Shown piece after piece: positions 49,546 to 63,752 of a DNA stretch of 64,000 nt (within the stretch, counting starts at the first letter, position 1; every line of letters starts with the position of its first letter). The notes beneath the pieces are model-generated. The model was not told where the DNA came from and did not search any database. It saw nothing but the letters and a program-made list of their open reading frames with translations. Both the position numbers and the translations under genes were made by a program. This stretch comes from Podarcis tiliguerta (lineage: Eukaryota), in the NCBI GenBank assembly GCA_965153285.1, contig OZ229114.1, one strand, 5' to 3'.

Positions 49546-50263
49546 GCTACATACCGGTCAATGGATCAGGGTTGGCTACCAACTCTGAGCTCTGCAGTGG
49601 GGGGCAGGAGTGAGGGTGGGATATGGCATAGGGGGGAGAAAGAATTAAATTTCATGATTTAACTTCATCCACCAACCTAATCCTCAACCTTCAAGACACT
49701 ATTAGGGGCTACAGTCAACACCCTCTTTAAATAGATTTCTAAAACATTCCTTTGCACAACCATTCTCAACTATAAACTTAATTACTTGGCTCACACTATC
49801 ACACTTGGCTCACACTTACTTTAGGTTTTAGGTACATTCCGTCCCCTCCCTATGGTCACAAGAACTACCCACAGAAAATAATTAAGAATGAAAGAGCCGT
49901 ATTTACATCAAATGCAAAAACTGATCAAATTGGCCTTTTCCTGCCTTCCCTTTTTCGGTCACCTTAAGGACCTTCAGAAGTGGTGCACAGATTAAAAGAT
50001 GTGAAGAGTTGCTTGTGAAAGCATACCGTGTCTGCAGAGCTGATTTTGCTATTGGCTCCCATTTGAACATGCTCAGCAGGTAGCACACCTAAATGCCAAC
50101 TAATTTTGCTGCAAGCAGGCTTGTTTCTACCGCAGAGAAGACAAGACCCAATAAAATGCAATACACCCGCCAGCAATCTGTAGCAATGTTGAATGGCAAG
50201 AGAAGCAGCAGCAGCCACCAGCATGTACATCCTTCAAAGGACCATGTCCTAGAAGTTATTCAC

Positions 50264-50347
50264 CTCGACTCTGCTGCCTGTTGACCATCCCTCCCAGTGT
50301 CCATCGCCGGTCCAGGCGTCTCAGGTGTGCCTTGCGTCTCTTAGAAA
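50264..50347 (-). CDS. SH3PXD2A: SH3PXD2A 84-nt symmetric (cassette) exon between SH3-1 and SH3-2
   Basis: ccaaaatag| (V)SKRRKAHLRRLDRRWTLGGMVNRQQSR |gtgaat; phase 1-1. Matches the 28-aa insert of long Tks5 isoforms. Confidence 0.92.
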
Positions 50348-51931
50348 CTATTTTGGAAAATGGATGAGAACATAAAAAAGGAAAGAAAGAAAAATAAAAT
50401 GTGATGGGTGGGTGGGTGGGGTGGGAACCAAACTCAACGTAAAACATGGTAACAATAAGGACTAGTCTTGTGTTAGCGAGGATGAGATGTAATAATACAT
50501 TCAGATTAGTTTACAAGAAGTGATAAAATAAGAAACTACCTGAGGCCCAGGCACAAACAGGCTTTCTCATGGTTCTTCGTTTAGTGGACATAAAATCATA
50601 CTAAATAATAACAGTAATGGGTTGTATGTATCCAGAATTTTGGGAAGTCTTAAGAAATAGACATCAATAATATCACAGCACCTTTGCTTAGAATGCAGGG
50701 TGTTTGGAGCATTTTTTAATGACATCTTTGTGGCACAGGAACATCCAGAGCCTTTGCCAAAGTTGGAGCCTGTTCCTTAGATGACTCTGTACGAGCAGAG
50801 GGGAGGTCCAAATCTGTACCATGCAGGATGGAACCTTTAAAGAGGCCTCTACAATCCGATGTACACCAATTACACCATTGGCTTGCTCCCATCAGCCCCA
50901 GCCAGTATAGCCAATGATAAAAGATATCCAAGAACATCAGTAGGGCAATGGGTTCCCCATGTCTGTCCTGAGTAAAGATGCTACAATGCACCCCAACTGT
51001 ATCTCCCGTTTGTGGATATGAACTTTTCCTCTGATGCAACCTACACTCTACCATTCCTCTGCACTAAGGCTGAAGGGAGCCTTAATGTCATGCACAACTC
51101 TGTTTTGGGACAGCATCCTCTGTGCAGTTATTTATGAGTTGGATAAAGATGTACATATAATGGAATATGACAGAAAGTTAACACTAAAAGGGGAACAAAA
51201 TACTATGATGGGAGAGGATAGACTTGGTCAGCACTAAGCAAAATAGGGCAGTTAATGGCAACACCTTTTGCTGTACGCAGATTCTGATAGCATCTTAGAC
51301 AAAAAGACTTGCAAACTGGCACAAAACCAGAATAATATCAACTATATAATATACTATTTGCATACATCAGGAAAAATATATATTATGAAAACAATTTCAT
51401 AGATTATATAAACTCCTCTCCCCCACTGTGGTCTATGAAAGATTCAAGATAAGCTGAAAAAAGCAACTCAAATAGCTGTGTTAAATCTCTTATGGAAGAA
51501 CATGGGTGCGTTATTGTATACAAACCACACGTGTCTAGACCACAATTTCTAGAAACCCAGCATCATTATAAACACAAAAGAATCAGCATTTTTATAAAAT
51601 ATTTTATTATGCTTTAGAATAATGCCACAACCCATACAAATGTTACTTCTTTGATATGCTGTAAGCCATCCAGAGTGGCTGGAGAAACCCAAACAGATGG
51701 GCGGGGGAATGAATAAATAAATAAATCTATAACCGCTTTTCCTACCAGATCAAGGTAGCCTAGGAAGGCATTTATTCTTCCCCTCAAATGGCATAAATAA
51801 CTGTCAATAGGTAACCTACTAGCCTTTGTGCTGGTCTTTGAGATAGCTATGCTTATTCCTAAAGGGTATATAGGGTAAAGGTGGGTTTTAATTATAATTC
51901 CTCACCCAGATCAATTACAGCTGTTTCTTAC

Positions 51932-52045
51932 CTTCCCCTCCTTTGGACATGTTAATTTCAGAATCATCTCTAATTCCACTTTGGGATTCCAGGTAAGTGG
52001 CAGGGACCCAGCCCTGCTCTTCCGAGGTACTTACAAACCACCAAC
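51932..52045 (-). CDS. SH3PXD2A: SH3PXD2A coding exon (114 nt), end of SH3-1
   Basis: ccctcacag| (G)[37 protein letters not shown] |gtaaga; phase 1-1. No upstream exon found in the window. Confidence 0.95.
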
Positions 52046-55000
52046 CTGTGAGGGTAAGGAAAGAATAAGAGTTAATTCACTGCAGAATCACCGTCCTCTA
52101 ACAATTTCAAATTCTTCAAAACCAGTGTGTTAGTCATCCTGGTTATAATGCTAGCACTATATTATAATGCACCCGTTTCTGAAGTTCCTTTTACACTGTA
52201 TTTCTTTTACTGTATCATTATGGAATTGTGGCTTTTTGATCAATATAACACTATGTCTTGCTAAATTTCATTCACACTGCTGCGTGTGGTGTGATACAAT
52301 AGCAGACATGCATGTTTCTGTTCCCCTGTCATTCGCCCATGATAATGGAGGAAAAGAACTGTATGCTGGAATTCCACCCAAATTTTGTCACATGGCATGA
52401 TCCATGCAACTACAGGAAAATTACAGCACAAAACTCCTGCATTTACCTGGGTTAATGGGATTGGAAAATTGGTTTTTTTCCCCTGGAAGCAATTAACGCA
52501 GAAATGAGTGCTAAACTTATGCTAGATTTCCAGAAGTGAGAATGAGCATGTAAATGATCAGGGAAGGAAACACCAGGAAAACAGAGTAAAGTGCTGTCTG
52601 AATGCCGTCTAAGAGTTGTACTCCTGTTCAAGACTCCAACCACCCTGGAATAAGAACCTCCATAGCAGAATGGGGAGCACAGCAGAACTAACAAAGGTGT
52701 ATGTGGTGGTGGGGAAGAAATTAAAATGTCATTTTATGTCTTCCTCCTGCCCTGCCCAAGGCTTCCCTTGCTGTGCTATACAGCATTAAAGGGTTCCGAG
52801 TTGGGGCTCGATGCCAAACATTTTATAAGTATACAGCAGGAGGAGATGAATCTTGAAAGGGGGGGAAGGGAAACTTTTTGCTCGCCTTTTCCATGAAGTA
52901 GGAACTGCAAGAACTGCAATTTTTGTATAGAAGTCGGCATATTGCTGGTGGAAATAAAATCACCTAATTGCCAATGTAGGCAGAAAAATGTTCTGTATTC
53001 CTGGTAAAAATCAGACAGGTTGCACAAATTTCCTTTATTAAAATGACTCCACACACTTTGAATAGCTTTTGTAGCCCCAGATAATTGTGTCCAAATGCCG
53101 TGGAACTCCCCTGGACTATTCAATTGGAAGTGGGAGTGTCAAACTGGAAATTCAAATACTAAAGTTGCAATTAGAATTGGTTTCTTCTCACAGTGCTGCC
53201 AAAAGACATTGCCCCAAACACACTGTGGGTCACATCATAACTAAGGTTCTGCTGCTGCAAGCGTCTGTGGGCAAAGTTCCACTAACAGGATGCTGCTTCC
53301 AGTGGAAGTTTTTGCTTCTCTCCCCTTCTCCCTGCAGTGCTTATGGTTAGGTGGACCCTTGGAGCAGCATGAGGGGCAGGGAAGGGGGGAGGGGCAGATC
53401 CCCACTGGATTCCAGTTCCCCCTGTAAATGAAAATAGCCCTTCTGATCATGGATAACTAGATAGGATCTAAGCCAATACATAACCACAGACAAAGGACAG
53501 AGGCTATTAACCAGACTTAGCCAAGGCTGTGCGCTTTGCTTTCACTTTTAAATAAAAGCAAAATGTCTGTGTGAATTCTACTTCGTAATAACCTCCCTTT
53601 TGGATGGAAATTAACATTCTGCCAAGTTGGGTAATTCCTTTCCTATTGATATTCTTTAGCATATGGGTGATGTTAAACACAACAATTAATGAACTTGTAA
53701 ATATATAAATTCTCACTGAGGCAAGCAAAGAGACTTGCTTAAAACATAACCTTTTAAATGAAGTGGTTAATGGTCCTTCGCAAAGCCCAGGTGTTAAGTG
53801 CAAATTAGATGCTTTTACTATTGGCTAATTCTCTTTGCCTCTCCCAAGGCACAGAGGCTGAGAAGAGTCAGCTGAAGTTTGCAAGAGTGAGAGATGGCGG
53901 GGAGAATAAGTTGGAGCAAGATCTGAGCCTTCTACCCATACCCTTGCTTTATGAACTAGATAAAATGTTCATATTTTTGAAGCATTGAAAGGTGCCTTTA
54001 AAGAGAGGGTGGGGGAAATAGCTCTTGGTTTTTAGAGCTGGGCAACCAAAATGAGGGAAGTAGAGAGGGAAAACCAGGAGCAGGTGTGTGTGTCTGTGTG
54101 TGTGTGTTTGCAGCATGGGCCAGAGCATTTATACCAAACTCCCATGGCTGAACACCAACCCAGGTACCCTGCTTTGAATTTAAAATATGCATGGAGATAG
54201 GAGACTACAGTTGTACAGTGGAGAATGAAGAGCACTCTGTGCATGCTCACTCCCCACATATTCCAGGACTCAGACCTGGTAGTGAAAACAAGACTCAAGA
54301 TGTACCCCGTAGTCTTGACACGAGTTAACTTAACTTAGGGGAAACAGGCAAAAACAGTTGCTTATAGCTACAGCGACAGTGTTGCTAAAAGGAAAGTGAG
54401 AATGGGGAAAGTAAATCATTTTGTAAGGGAAACAAACTATATCCACCACTTGTAGTTTGCTGGCAAAGAAGTGGGTCCCCATTGGATACAGTAGGGCAAA
54501 CATATATAGGCTTTAATTGAAAGCTTGTGGAGGAAGACGAGAGGCTGTAGCTGTTAGAAGTGGCAAGCAAAGAAGCAGCCTGCATTTACTCAGAGGAAAA
54601 CTGCTATTTCAGCATAAGAATTCTCTGGCATGGATTCACCAACTGATATTTGATATTGAGCATTCCTCAGGCATAAATGTGGACCAGAGCCTACTGCATG
54701 GCATAAAATATAGTGCATTAGTGAGTATGCCTTGTAATCTATGGTTTGTCTCACTGCTTTAGTTATCTAGATTAATCTTCTTACATGCACCTTTAATTTC
54801 CATTTTCCACTTGCATTTCATTTGAATCTCAACTGTGATGACCTCACCAGTTTTCAACAGGGCACAATACTGGGCTTCCCAAATTTGCCCCAACCATGCA
54901 CAGGAGGGTCCTCTATTTTACTGTGCGAATAATAGGAGGTAACATTCAAAGCCCTTACTCTATAATCTAATTCTGCATGTGAAAGTGCTCTACTCCAAAA

Positions 55001-56623
55001 GTGAAGGCATGCGTACATATCAAATTTAAATACTCTTAAAAGAATCCAAGCCAGTTCTAACAAAAGACATTGCTAAATGGTCAAATGAGAAGGAACCTCT
55101 CTCCTGTTCCCCTAAATGTTCCAAAAGGGAATCAAAAATAAAAACAGAGCAGCATCGATGACACCAGAGTCATTACTAGCATCATTTCATCAAGAGGCAG
55201 AGATTTTCATTTCCAAGAGAGATTTGGAAAACTTTGCTTCACAGTATTCCTGGTCAGGGAATTCAGTTACACTTTTACACAGCAAGAGGGAGATTCTCCC
55301 GACATGACGTTTACCCACAGCAGCCAGCTGCCGTAAATAATAATAATATTATTTAAAAAGAAAACCAACACCACCAACTCATTTCAAAAAGGCCTACTGC
55401 TGAAAATGAGGAATAGTTAATGGCATGGCAAGATAGGAGGCATGTTAGAGTTGAACATGCAATTGTAATTATGACGCAGAAGTAAACAGACCAGAAGCTG
55501 ATACACATCTGATCCTAATTAGATGGAAACGGTCCTATGAATTCTTCTTCAGAAGCAAACGTTAGCCTGAGTGAAAAGAGCTGCACTATAAAGTTAACAC
55601 TCTAGTAAAAACCATGACCTTTGAAGCATTTCATTTCACCCTGAACTTTGGTTTTGTGCCCTACTATTTCACAAAACAGAAAAGTTGGAAAAGACCTAAA
55701 TACTATTTTCAACTCTGCATATAGCTTAAAACAGTTGAGCCAAACCAAGCCATTCCATATCCAAGTATAGCAGGGGGTTCTTGAACTTTCTACCCCCAGG
55801 GCCAACTTAAGAAGTCTGAGAATTACTGAGGCCCACTAGTCACAAAATGGTGGTACATGGAAGCAGAGTTTAGCATAACCAGCAGGCAAGTGCTGTCATT
55901 TCCTACAGATATCTAATCCATTTTTGGAAATTGCTAAATACTTTGCCACAGTGCTTGCATTGTGGCAAGGAGTTCCATACCTCAGGTTTCCTCAAGCTAC
56001 AGTGAGTTCAGATATTTGCTGTGAAGGTATGGTGACTCAACCTTCCTATTTTAGGCAGGATTTGCTGATCCAGAAGCTCTAAGTGGAGAAGTCTTTGCCT
56101 TTCATATTTTTCTTTCCTAACCTCACATACTTCTCAAAGTATCGTTACCCATCTCCTGTAATTTCTTCTCCCATTCTCCTTTCGCAATCAACTTGTACCT
56201 TATCCCCCGTTCCCACTGCCAATTGCCAGTTTCTTTCATCCCTCTTCCCTGATCCTTTCACAACCCCTTGTCAGCAGTTTTCCTCGCCAATATCCTGCCT
56301 TCCTGTACAGTCTATATTTGGTGGTGGTCCAGTGGGGAGGGGGGTCTAGGAATAACAAAACAAAAACAAAGAAGATCTGCTTTAGCATCTATACCAACTA
56401 CCACATTGACAGAAAGAAACAAACAAAAACCCACCCAATCATATTGCATTGTGCTCCACTCAGGGTTAGCTCTGCTGGGTGAAGTGATTTAATTCAGGTG
56501 CAACTTGCAAATAGATGGAGAGCAGGAACTAATGTTAAAATGGTTTGTCAAGTTTTAAAAGTGTTGGCCCAAGCAGTTTGAAGGTCCACAAGGCCGCCAG
56601 GAGACAGAGTTGATTGGGTAGTA

Positions 56624-56838
56624 CAGTGGTACCTTGGTTTGCAACCATTTTGGATTATAACCACGTCAAACCCAGAAGTGCGTGTCCCTTTTTTTGGATT
56701 TCAACCCATTTTTTTATTATTACAACCAATTTTGGGGGAGGAGGACCCATTGGCGAAAGCATGCCTTGGGTTACAACCTGTTTTGGTTTACAACCGGACC
56801 TCCGGAACCGATTATGGTTGTAAACCAAGGTACCACTG
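56624..56838. mobile_element. Tc1/mariner (Tigger-like) MITE, 215 bp
   Basis: TIR CAGTGGTACCTTGGTTT[G/A]CAACCAT (24/25); TA TSD on both sides. Confidence 0.9.
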
Positions 56839-56862
56839 TATATCAACACATACACACATGTG

Positions 56863-56886
56863 AATGAATGAATGAATGAATGAATG
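56863..56886. repeat. (GAAT)n microsatellite
   Basis: Direct observation. Confidence 0.9.
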
Positions 56887-59471
56887 ACCTTGGGCTGGCA
56901 CTGGCTCCATTAGCTCTTCCTTTAATTTTTTTATCAGAAGTGTTCTTGTTATTCTGCAAGGATCAGTCAGAGATAACTTGTTTTCCTTGCCAACTCACAC
57001 CTAGCCATTAAGCTCAATGTCTGGCTGTGTATAATTACCAACTTAAAACGCAGTGAGGTTGTTTCCCCCCTGTTCTGTTTAAAATAGCATTTGCATTTTG
57101 TTGTACACAGCTGTTAGTGCTTCCAAGTCATCCACTGCCTGTCCACACCAGTGGGCAGAGAGGGGGCATGGATGTTTTCATATGGTTTACATTTTCAAAT
57201 CAGATCAACACTGGTTTGGGGGCAAATGCATCAAAATGCAGTAATTCTCAAGGAACTACAGGATAGATGTGGATTGTGACTAAAGGTGTGTGTATGTGGC
57301 TTCACAAACCAGCAGTGGGAGTGCACCGGATTCAGAATATATTGGGAGTGTGTACACAGCCTCACTCAAGTCATTGCTTAGATCCAAAGTGATTCTGTAG
57401 ATAGATGCAAGTTACCTTCAGGGCCTGAAATGATTATCAGTACTTTCATCACCCTGGGATGTCAAGGCTACTTTCACAGAGCAGTAAATGCTATGCAATC
57501 CTGCCTGGCACTCTGCTTGTTCACTCCTATTCAGTTGTCAGGAGTGACCAGGTGAAGAGGACGAGGCTCCTGCACTTTTAATTGTGGTCTGAAAGAAGGA
57601 AATCCAGCAGGTCTAGCTTGCATGACAACTGCAGCATGGATGGTTGTAAACATACCATGCTGAAGTCAGGTTTCTTACTCAAATGCACCAAAAAAGACAC
57701 TATTAAATATATGAAATAACAAGGAAAGGAGAATGCCGGCTTTAACAACACATAATGCTATGAACCTGCTGGAAAAAAAATGGGTAAAATATGGTCTGGA
57801 TTGGGAGGTAACCAATAAAATATCCACATACAAGAAGTACGCCAATCTTCCTTTATGAAATGGGGGTGAAAGTCAAAACACTTGCAATAAGATGTTGGGA
57901 AATTGGGAGCAACTGCGTGTGAAACTGATTAACACACATCACCAGTTTCCTTCAAATTATGTTAAAAATAAAGTATTCAAGTCAGTAGTTGATAATAATA
58001 TAACTTGAACTTTATGGCTGAAATCCTGTAAACCATTAGGAAAAAATAAGTCCCACGAGACCCAAACTGATCTTATGCACATAGCAAAGCACGAGAATCC
58101 AGTCAAACTAGATATGCATTGTGGTCAGCACTTATTTTTCTTACAGGTTAGGTCTTCCAGGTACAAAAGGAATACAAAACATGTGCATGGAATATTTATG
58201 GATCCAGAGCCTGCTGCTGCGTTATTTAAACAAAGAGCACCCTTACTGAAGCTGTGAAATTCCACCCACCATTTTTAACAAACACTTCGGGACAAACAAG
58301 GTTTCCATTTTCAAGGAGCTTAAGAATGTGCTGAAATTGCATCTTTTTGGTTTCTATCTCCCATGGATTTGTGTGTACTGGGACACTGATGACATAACCT
58401 TTTCAGGTTTTTTGTATTATGAGATACTGCATTTTGGAACGATGCAGTGCTAGTTAGCCTTTTTGGCAGTTATGCCACAAGTCAAATTCAAGGATGTATA
58501 TGTGTGTGTGTGTTGCTACACTACAATATATAAGCAGCTCCTTCTGTACTGGCACTATTTTGGTTCTATCCTACCGAAATAGGGCACAGCCAGCAATGCA
58601 CATGGGAGCGGCAGACAGAAATATAGTACAGACTATGTCATAGCCAGGAAGGTAGCTGACCCTCTTCAACGCCTGCATAAGTGTGCCCCAAACTCCAGTT
58701 ACGTGTATCACTTTGGTATCCATGCCATAGACTGGACACCTATGATCTAGTGGTGGCTGTGCCTTTGCCACAATCCAAGATATCTGACTACAAGAGCACT
58801 CCCTCCAGCTAAAAAAGGGCTCTCAAGGAAGAAAAATTGAGGCAGTTGCCTTAGACTCCATCTTAAGCAAATTGTCTAGACCTGAAGGGGGAAAATGCTT
58901 AGCCAAAAGCAAAAACCCCTCTCTTGGCCAGATGGATATACACCCTGTACTGTATACATTTCTTAAGAGACTTCACTTTCAAAAATGAAGCAATGTATTC
59001 ATGGAGCTGCCCCTGCCCTGCATTTATTCCTTTCTTTGTGCAGGAGTTGAGCACAATCCGTTATTACAACTATTCTGCAATAACATCTGCAGAGTATTAT
59101 GTAAAGTTCTCTCTGCATGCTGCCAAGACAGTATGAGGTTCACTCTGGCTCCTGCATCATTGGTTGTAACTGAGCAGAATAATATTCTTTGCTGTACTTC
59201 ATATGACTCTCTTACTCCTTTCATTGAAAGGCATTAAAGTTTGAGGGCCACAGCACCAGGCTAACTTCATGCCCCTGCTGCCACCACTTTTTCCTTTATT
59301 AATTGGATTTTAAAACAAATCTGCAGAACAAAGTCCAAATTCACATGCATTCAATGTGTAAAAATTACTTTGCTTAAGCAAGCGCTAGCGGAATGCCCTA
59401 TCCATTCTGCTTGTTTGTCTATATACATTAGAAGAGATAAGCTGACTGGCTTGCTCTTCTGCTTACACTAA

Positions 59472-59838
59472 TTCACCCATCCTGAAAGACCTACACTGGC
59501 TCCCAGTACATTTCCGAGCACAATTCAAAGTGTTGGTGCTGACCTTTAAAGCCCTAAATGGCCTCGGTCCAGTATACCTGAAGAAGCGTCTCCACCCCCA
59601 TTGTTCAGCCCAGACACTGAGGTCCAGGCGAGAAGTGAGGTTACAGGTAACCAGGCAGAGCGCCATCTCAGTAGTCAAGGAAATAAACACTATCTGACTT
59701 TTAGAAGACATCTGAAGGCAGCCCTGTTTAGGGAAGTTTTTAATGCCTGATGTTTCACCATTTTTATATACACTTTAAGCCACCCAGAGTGGCTGGGGAA
59801 ACCCAGCCAGATGGACAGGGTAGAAATAATAAATTATT

Positions 59839-59883
<45 letters not shown>
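59472..59883 (+). mobile_element. L2 LINE 3' fragment (ORF2 C-terminus, 3'UTR, (AAT)n tail)
   Basis: Translates SPILKDLHWLPVHFRAQFKVLVLTFKALNGLGPVYLK, the L2-clade LHWLP...FK...KALNG motif; long (AAT)n tail. Confidence 0.85.
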
Positions 59884-61489
59884 TGAATCATCTCTCATTG
59901 TAGAATCAGATATGTGTTGTTGGATAACTAGTGGGGTAGCCACCTGGTCCCCCCAACCTCATACAGAAAAATGAGAGAGAGCAAAGGGCTTCCTAACATG
60001 AATAGTGGTTGGTGTGTGTGTGCGCGCGCGCACGCAAAGCTGACCTCCCCCCATATCCAGAAGGATTACATCATAACTCAAGTGAAGAGCAGTGGTGTGT
60101 ACAATGGCCTGAAAAGGTTTAGAAAAACAGAACTAAGACTCACACAGATGAACCATGCCCCTAGCTACAAAAAGAATTCAGGGTCATTGGCCAATCTAGC
60201 CTGGAAAAACATTCCTTCCAAAAACACGGTGATCAGTCACTTCCAAAATGTGAAAACAAACCCCATCTGCCTAGCCTCACCCAGGAGAAAGCTCTCTTAG
60301 CTCAAGTCCATCCCACTTGAATATCTGGGATATCTGACATTCATTATTTGCACTTGAAAAGTTCTACACTGATTAAGAATGAATGTAATGTTTTCCATTT
60401 TAGAGAAATTAAGAAGATGCACCAAATCCCAGAACACAATAGCTTCAAACAGCATAATGGATGTTCCTTGTTCAGAACACCTCTTCTCCATAACTGCCTA
60501 AAGAACACTTAGTACTGGTTCAGAATTTTTGGGAGGTTTGATTGGGTGAGCACATACATTACAACTTGTGTAATAGATTGGAAGCTGTCAGATCTGTTCA
60601 ATAGGAGGCAATCCCTCATACCGCTAGTCAGTAATTTCCCTTCAACCGTGCAGAATGCACAACACAACTGATCACTGGGATTTGTGCCAGACATTCTCTG
60701 TGTATTACATACATAGATACATAGACCAAGAAGCTATGCATAATATTTTTACCCCACTCCCAGTTTCAGAGTATTTGCTAAAATCTGCTACTAATAATAG
60801 CTCCTATAATGAATTCACTGTGTTTTGCCAGCAAAGTCTGCATAATGACACAGAAGGAACAAAGCTGTATGTTGCTAGCTACAGGTATGATTTGGGGTAA
60901 ATATTCAGGAGAAAGATGGTGTGGCCACAGACAAAAAGGCTTGCAGAGTAGATGTTAACTTTATTAACATATCACACACATGTTCATTTATTTATAGAGG
61001 AAAGAGATCTTTTTAGCCAGTGGCAAGAAGATCTGCAAAACCTATCAGTTTCCTCCTCATAACAAACTTCAATTCTCTCTGGCTGTCAAGCTCAATGCTT
61101 TTTGAAAACAGGACTGAGTACCCAGAGTAGTGTACAGTATAACCATAAAACTGCAGTATGTTCAATTAAAGTACAACTAAAAAACTTTCCAAAGGCAACA
61201 AAGAACATAATCCAGCCAAAACTTAAACGCAAAAATCTAGAACAGCAGCAGGAGTATAAAAGGGATTTCCCATAGAAAGTGGTAGCAGAATTAGGTCGCT
61301 ATCAAAATTTCCAGTGAAAGAGACGCAAAAAAGAAGCCTGACAGATTTTAAATGAGAATGCTGTGGTACAACCAAATAAAAGGCTCCAAAGAATGGATGA
61401 CCAAAGCCAAATTACTCCTATTCAGACTCCAGGAGTGTATCTGTGAAATTCGGAGGTTTTTTTGTTTTGTTTTTTGTCCAAATGTGAAT

Positions 61490-61860
61490 CATATTTGTGG
61501 ACATTGAATTGCATTTACCATTTTACTTCCCACTTATTTGGTTGGAGAGATCCTTTTAGAACTCTTCGTAATCCCATTTTGCTTTAACTACCCTGAAACA
61601 ATTTGGCATTGTCAGCAAAGATGGCTACCTCACCACTCACCTCTGACTCTAAATCCTTTACAAACAAGTTAAAAAGCACAGGTCCCAATACCAATCCTGG
61701 GGGACTCTTCTTTCTACATCTTCCATTGAGAGAAGTCTCAATGCTCTCTGCTTCCTGTGTCAAAATCTTTTAGACAGTCTAAGGACAGAATGTGGACCGG
61801 ATCACCTCTATCAATAAGATTGTTGACACTCTCAAAGAATTCTAACAGGTTAGTGAGAAT
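61490..61860 (-). mobile_element. CR1 LINE reverse-transcriptase fragment (degraded)
   Basis: Minus strand encodes LTNLLEFFES and PQGLVLGPVLFNLFVKDLESEVSGEVAIFADNAKL, which are CR1 RT motifs. Confidence 0.8.
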
Positions 61861-62749
61861 CTATCCAGAGCAGGTTGAATCACCTCAGCAGTGTTCTTGA
61901 CTAACAGTACTTCCATCTAGTCTGAATTAAGTTTCAGTTTATAAACTCCTATCTGCTCCTGAATTCATGCCAGACACTAATTTACCACTTCCACTGCCTC
62001 CCTGGCATCAGATGATGGAACTAAGAGGTTATCTGCCTACTGGCAACACCTTAGCCCCGTGAGAATATCCAGTAGGAACTGTCCCCACAGGAAGTGTAAT
62101 TTATTTTCTGCTTCAATTCTGTTAATTTTCCATTCAGTTGTATTTCAGATTTAGCCTGAGTTTTCAATATATACATGGAAAGGCTGCATTTCTGCATCTT
62201 TAACTTGAATGAATTATAGCCACTTTCTGAAACCCTTGTCTGTCCTTCCTTCCCTGTTGCTACCTATTATAGCCTACCTATAGGCTTAGCAGCATTATTT
62301 TATGCAAGGAGATTGCAACCATAGACCATTCCAGTACCAGCAGAAGCCACACCTCCCCCCTTTTGGAAAATACTTTAACCGGCTGCAAGAGTTTGGCGAG
62401 GACAATACAGCCCATGAATCATCATGCGGAGGAGGGAAAGCGTTTCCGTCTTTCTCCACAATGAACTAGAAATTTTCAGCTTAGAGAAATAAAGCTACTT
62501 TCAACCCTGAAATTCTATGCATGTGCTCTCAAAAGTAAGTCTCACCGAGTTCAAATGGGACAGAGAAATGTGCTAGCCTGAATGTATTGCAGGCTTGTAC
62601 ACAACACTGTGAGAAAGAAACGGGTCTTAATTCATTGCACCAGATAAGGATTTCTACAATTACAGCAAGACTTCCCAAACTTCCATATGCTAGGGTCACC
62701 ACCAAATTTGATGAGGCAAATAACATTCGTGTTTCAGATCTCTGTAATA

Positions 62750-62885
62750 CAGGCATCCCCAAACTCGGCCCTCCAGATGTTTTGGGACTACAATTCCCAT
62801 CATCCCTGACCACTGGTCCTGTTAGCTAGGGATGATGGGAGTTGTAGTCCCAAAACATATGGAGGGCAGAGTTTGGGGATGCCTG
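62750..62885. mobile_element. hAT-type palindromic MITE, intact (136 bp)
   Basis: ~58-bp inverted arms starting CAGGCATCCCCAAACT with 3 mismatches; perfect 8-bp TSD CTGTAATA (62742-62749 and 62886-62893). Degenerate relatives near 10680, 11930, 16000, 31945, 33760, 34830, 41980, 48720 and 50870. Confidence 0.93.
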
Positions 62886-62924
62886 CTGTAATACATTTAA
62901 TATTTATGGAATTCAACCACATCT

Positions 62925-63096
62925 GGGCAACAGCTCAGTGGTAACACAACTGCTTTGCATGCAGAAGGTCCTAGGTTCCATCCAAAAATGATCAGGGGAT
63001 CTGAAAGACCCCTGTCCAAGACTTTGAAGAGTCAGAGTAGACAATACTGTGTTAGATGGACAGTCTGACCTGGCGCAAGACAGTTTTCCATGTTCC
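62925..63096 (+). mobile_element. tRNA-derived SINE
   Basis: cagctcagtggtaacacaactgctttgcatgcagaaggtcctaggttcc; same family as 48135. Confidence 0.7.
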
Positions 63097-63413
63097 ATTC
63101 TCTAGAAGCACTGAAAAGACGTAACCAACCTAAATGGTGAGCTAATGCATAGAAACAACAGACAAGTCCTGTTTATGGAGGCATTTAGAGAACATGACTT
63201 TTACTCCCATTCCACAGGAAGCAAAACTGAAAGAAGAAGAACCACTTCCCTGAACAGCTTTGTTTCCACCGGTATTTCATACTGGAATACATATTCCTTT
63301 CATGCTCTTCCTCTCTTGCCAAATCAGTCATCTGAATATACATACTATGTGCTAAAGTGGAGCCGGACACTATGAAAGCTACTTTGGCAATTGCTGACTT
63401 TGTGCCACTATAC

Positions 63414-63752
63414 AAGAACACAGGAGACTGCCTTATACATCGGTCCATCTCAGCATTGTCTGCACCAGGTATCTTCAACCTTCTCAGGTCCAGCACCCAC
63501 TTTTAACCCAAACATGCCTTTGGGGACCCATTTCTTAACCTTTTACCATATATTTGCAGGGCAGTAGTGCTCCTGTTGTGACCCACCTTGGATCTGGCCA
63601 TGACCCACCAGTTGAGGATCTGTGCTCTACAATGATTGGGCAGTGCTCAGGCAGAAACCTTTCCCAGCCCTACCTGGAGATGTTGGGGGATTGAACCAGG
63701 GACCTTCTGCATGCAGCACAACGGCTCTACCATTCAGCTACGACACCTCCCC
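63414..63752 (-). mobile_element. tRNA-derived SINE interrupted by a hAT MITE (63466-63624)
   Basis: SINE halves aagaacacaggagactgccttatac... and ...gggattgaaccagggaccttctgcatgca flank caggtatcttcaacc...gttgaggatctgtg. Confidence 0.65.
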
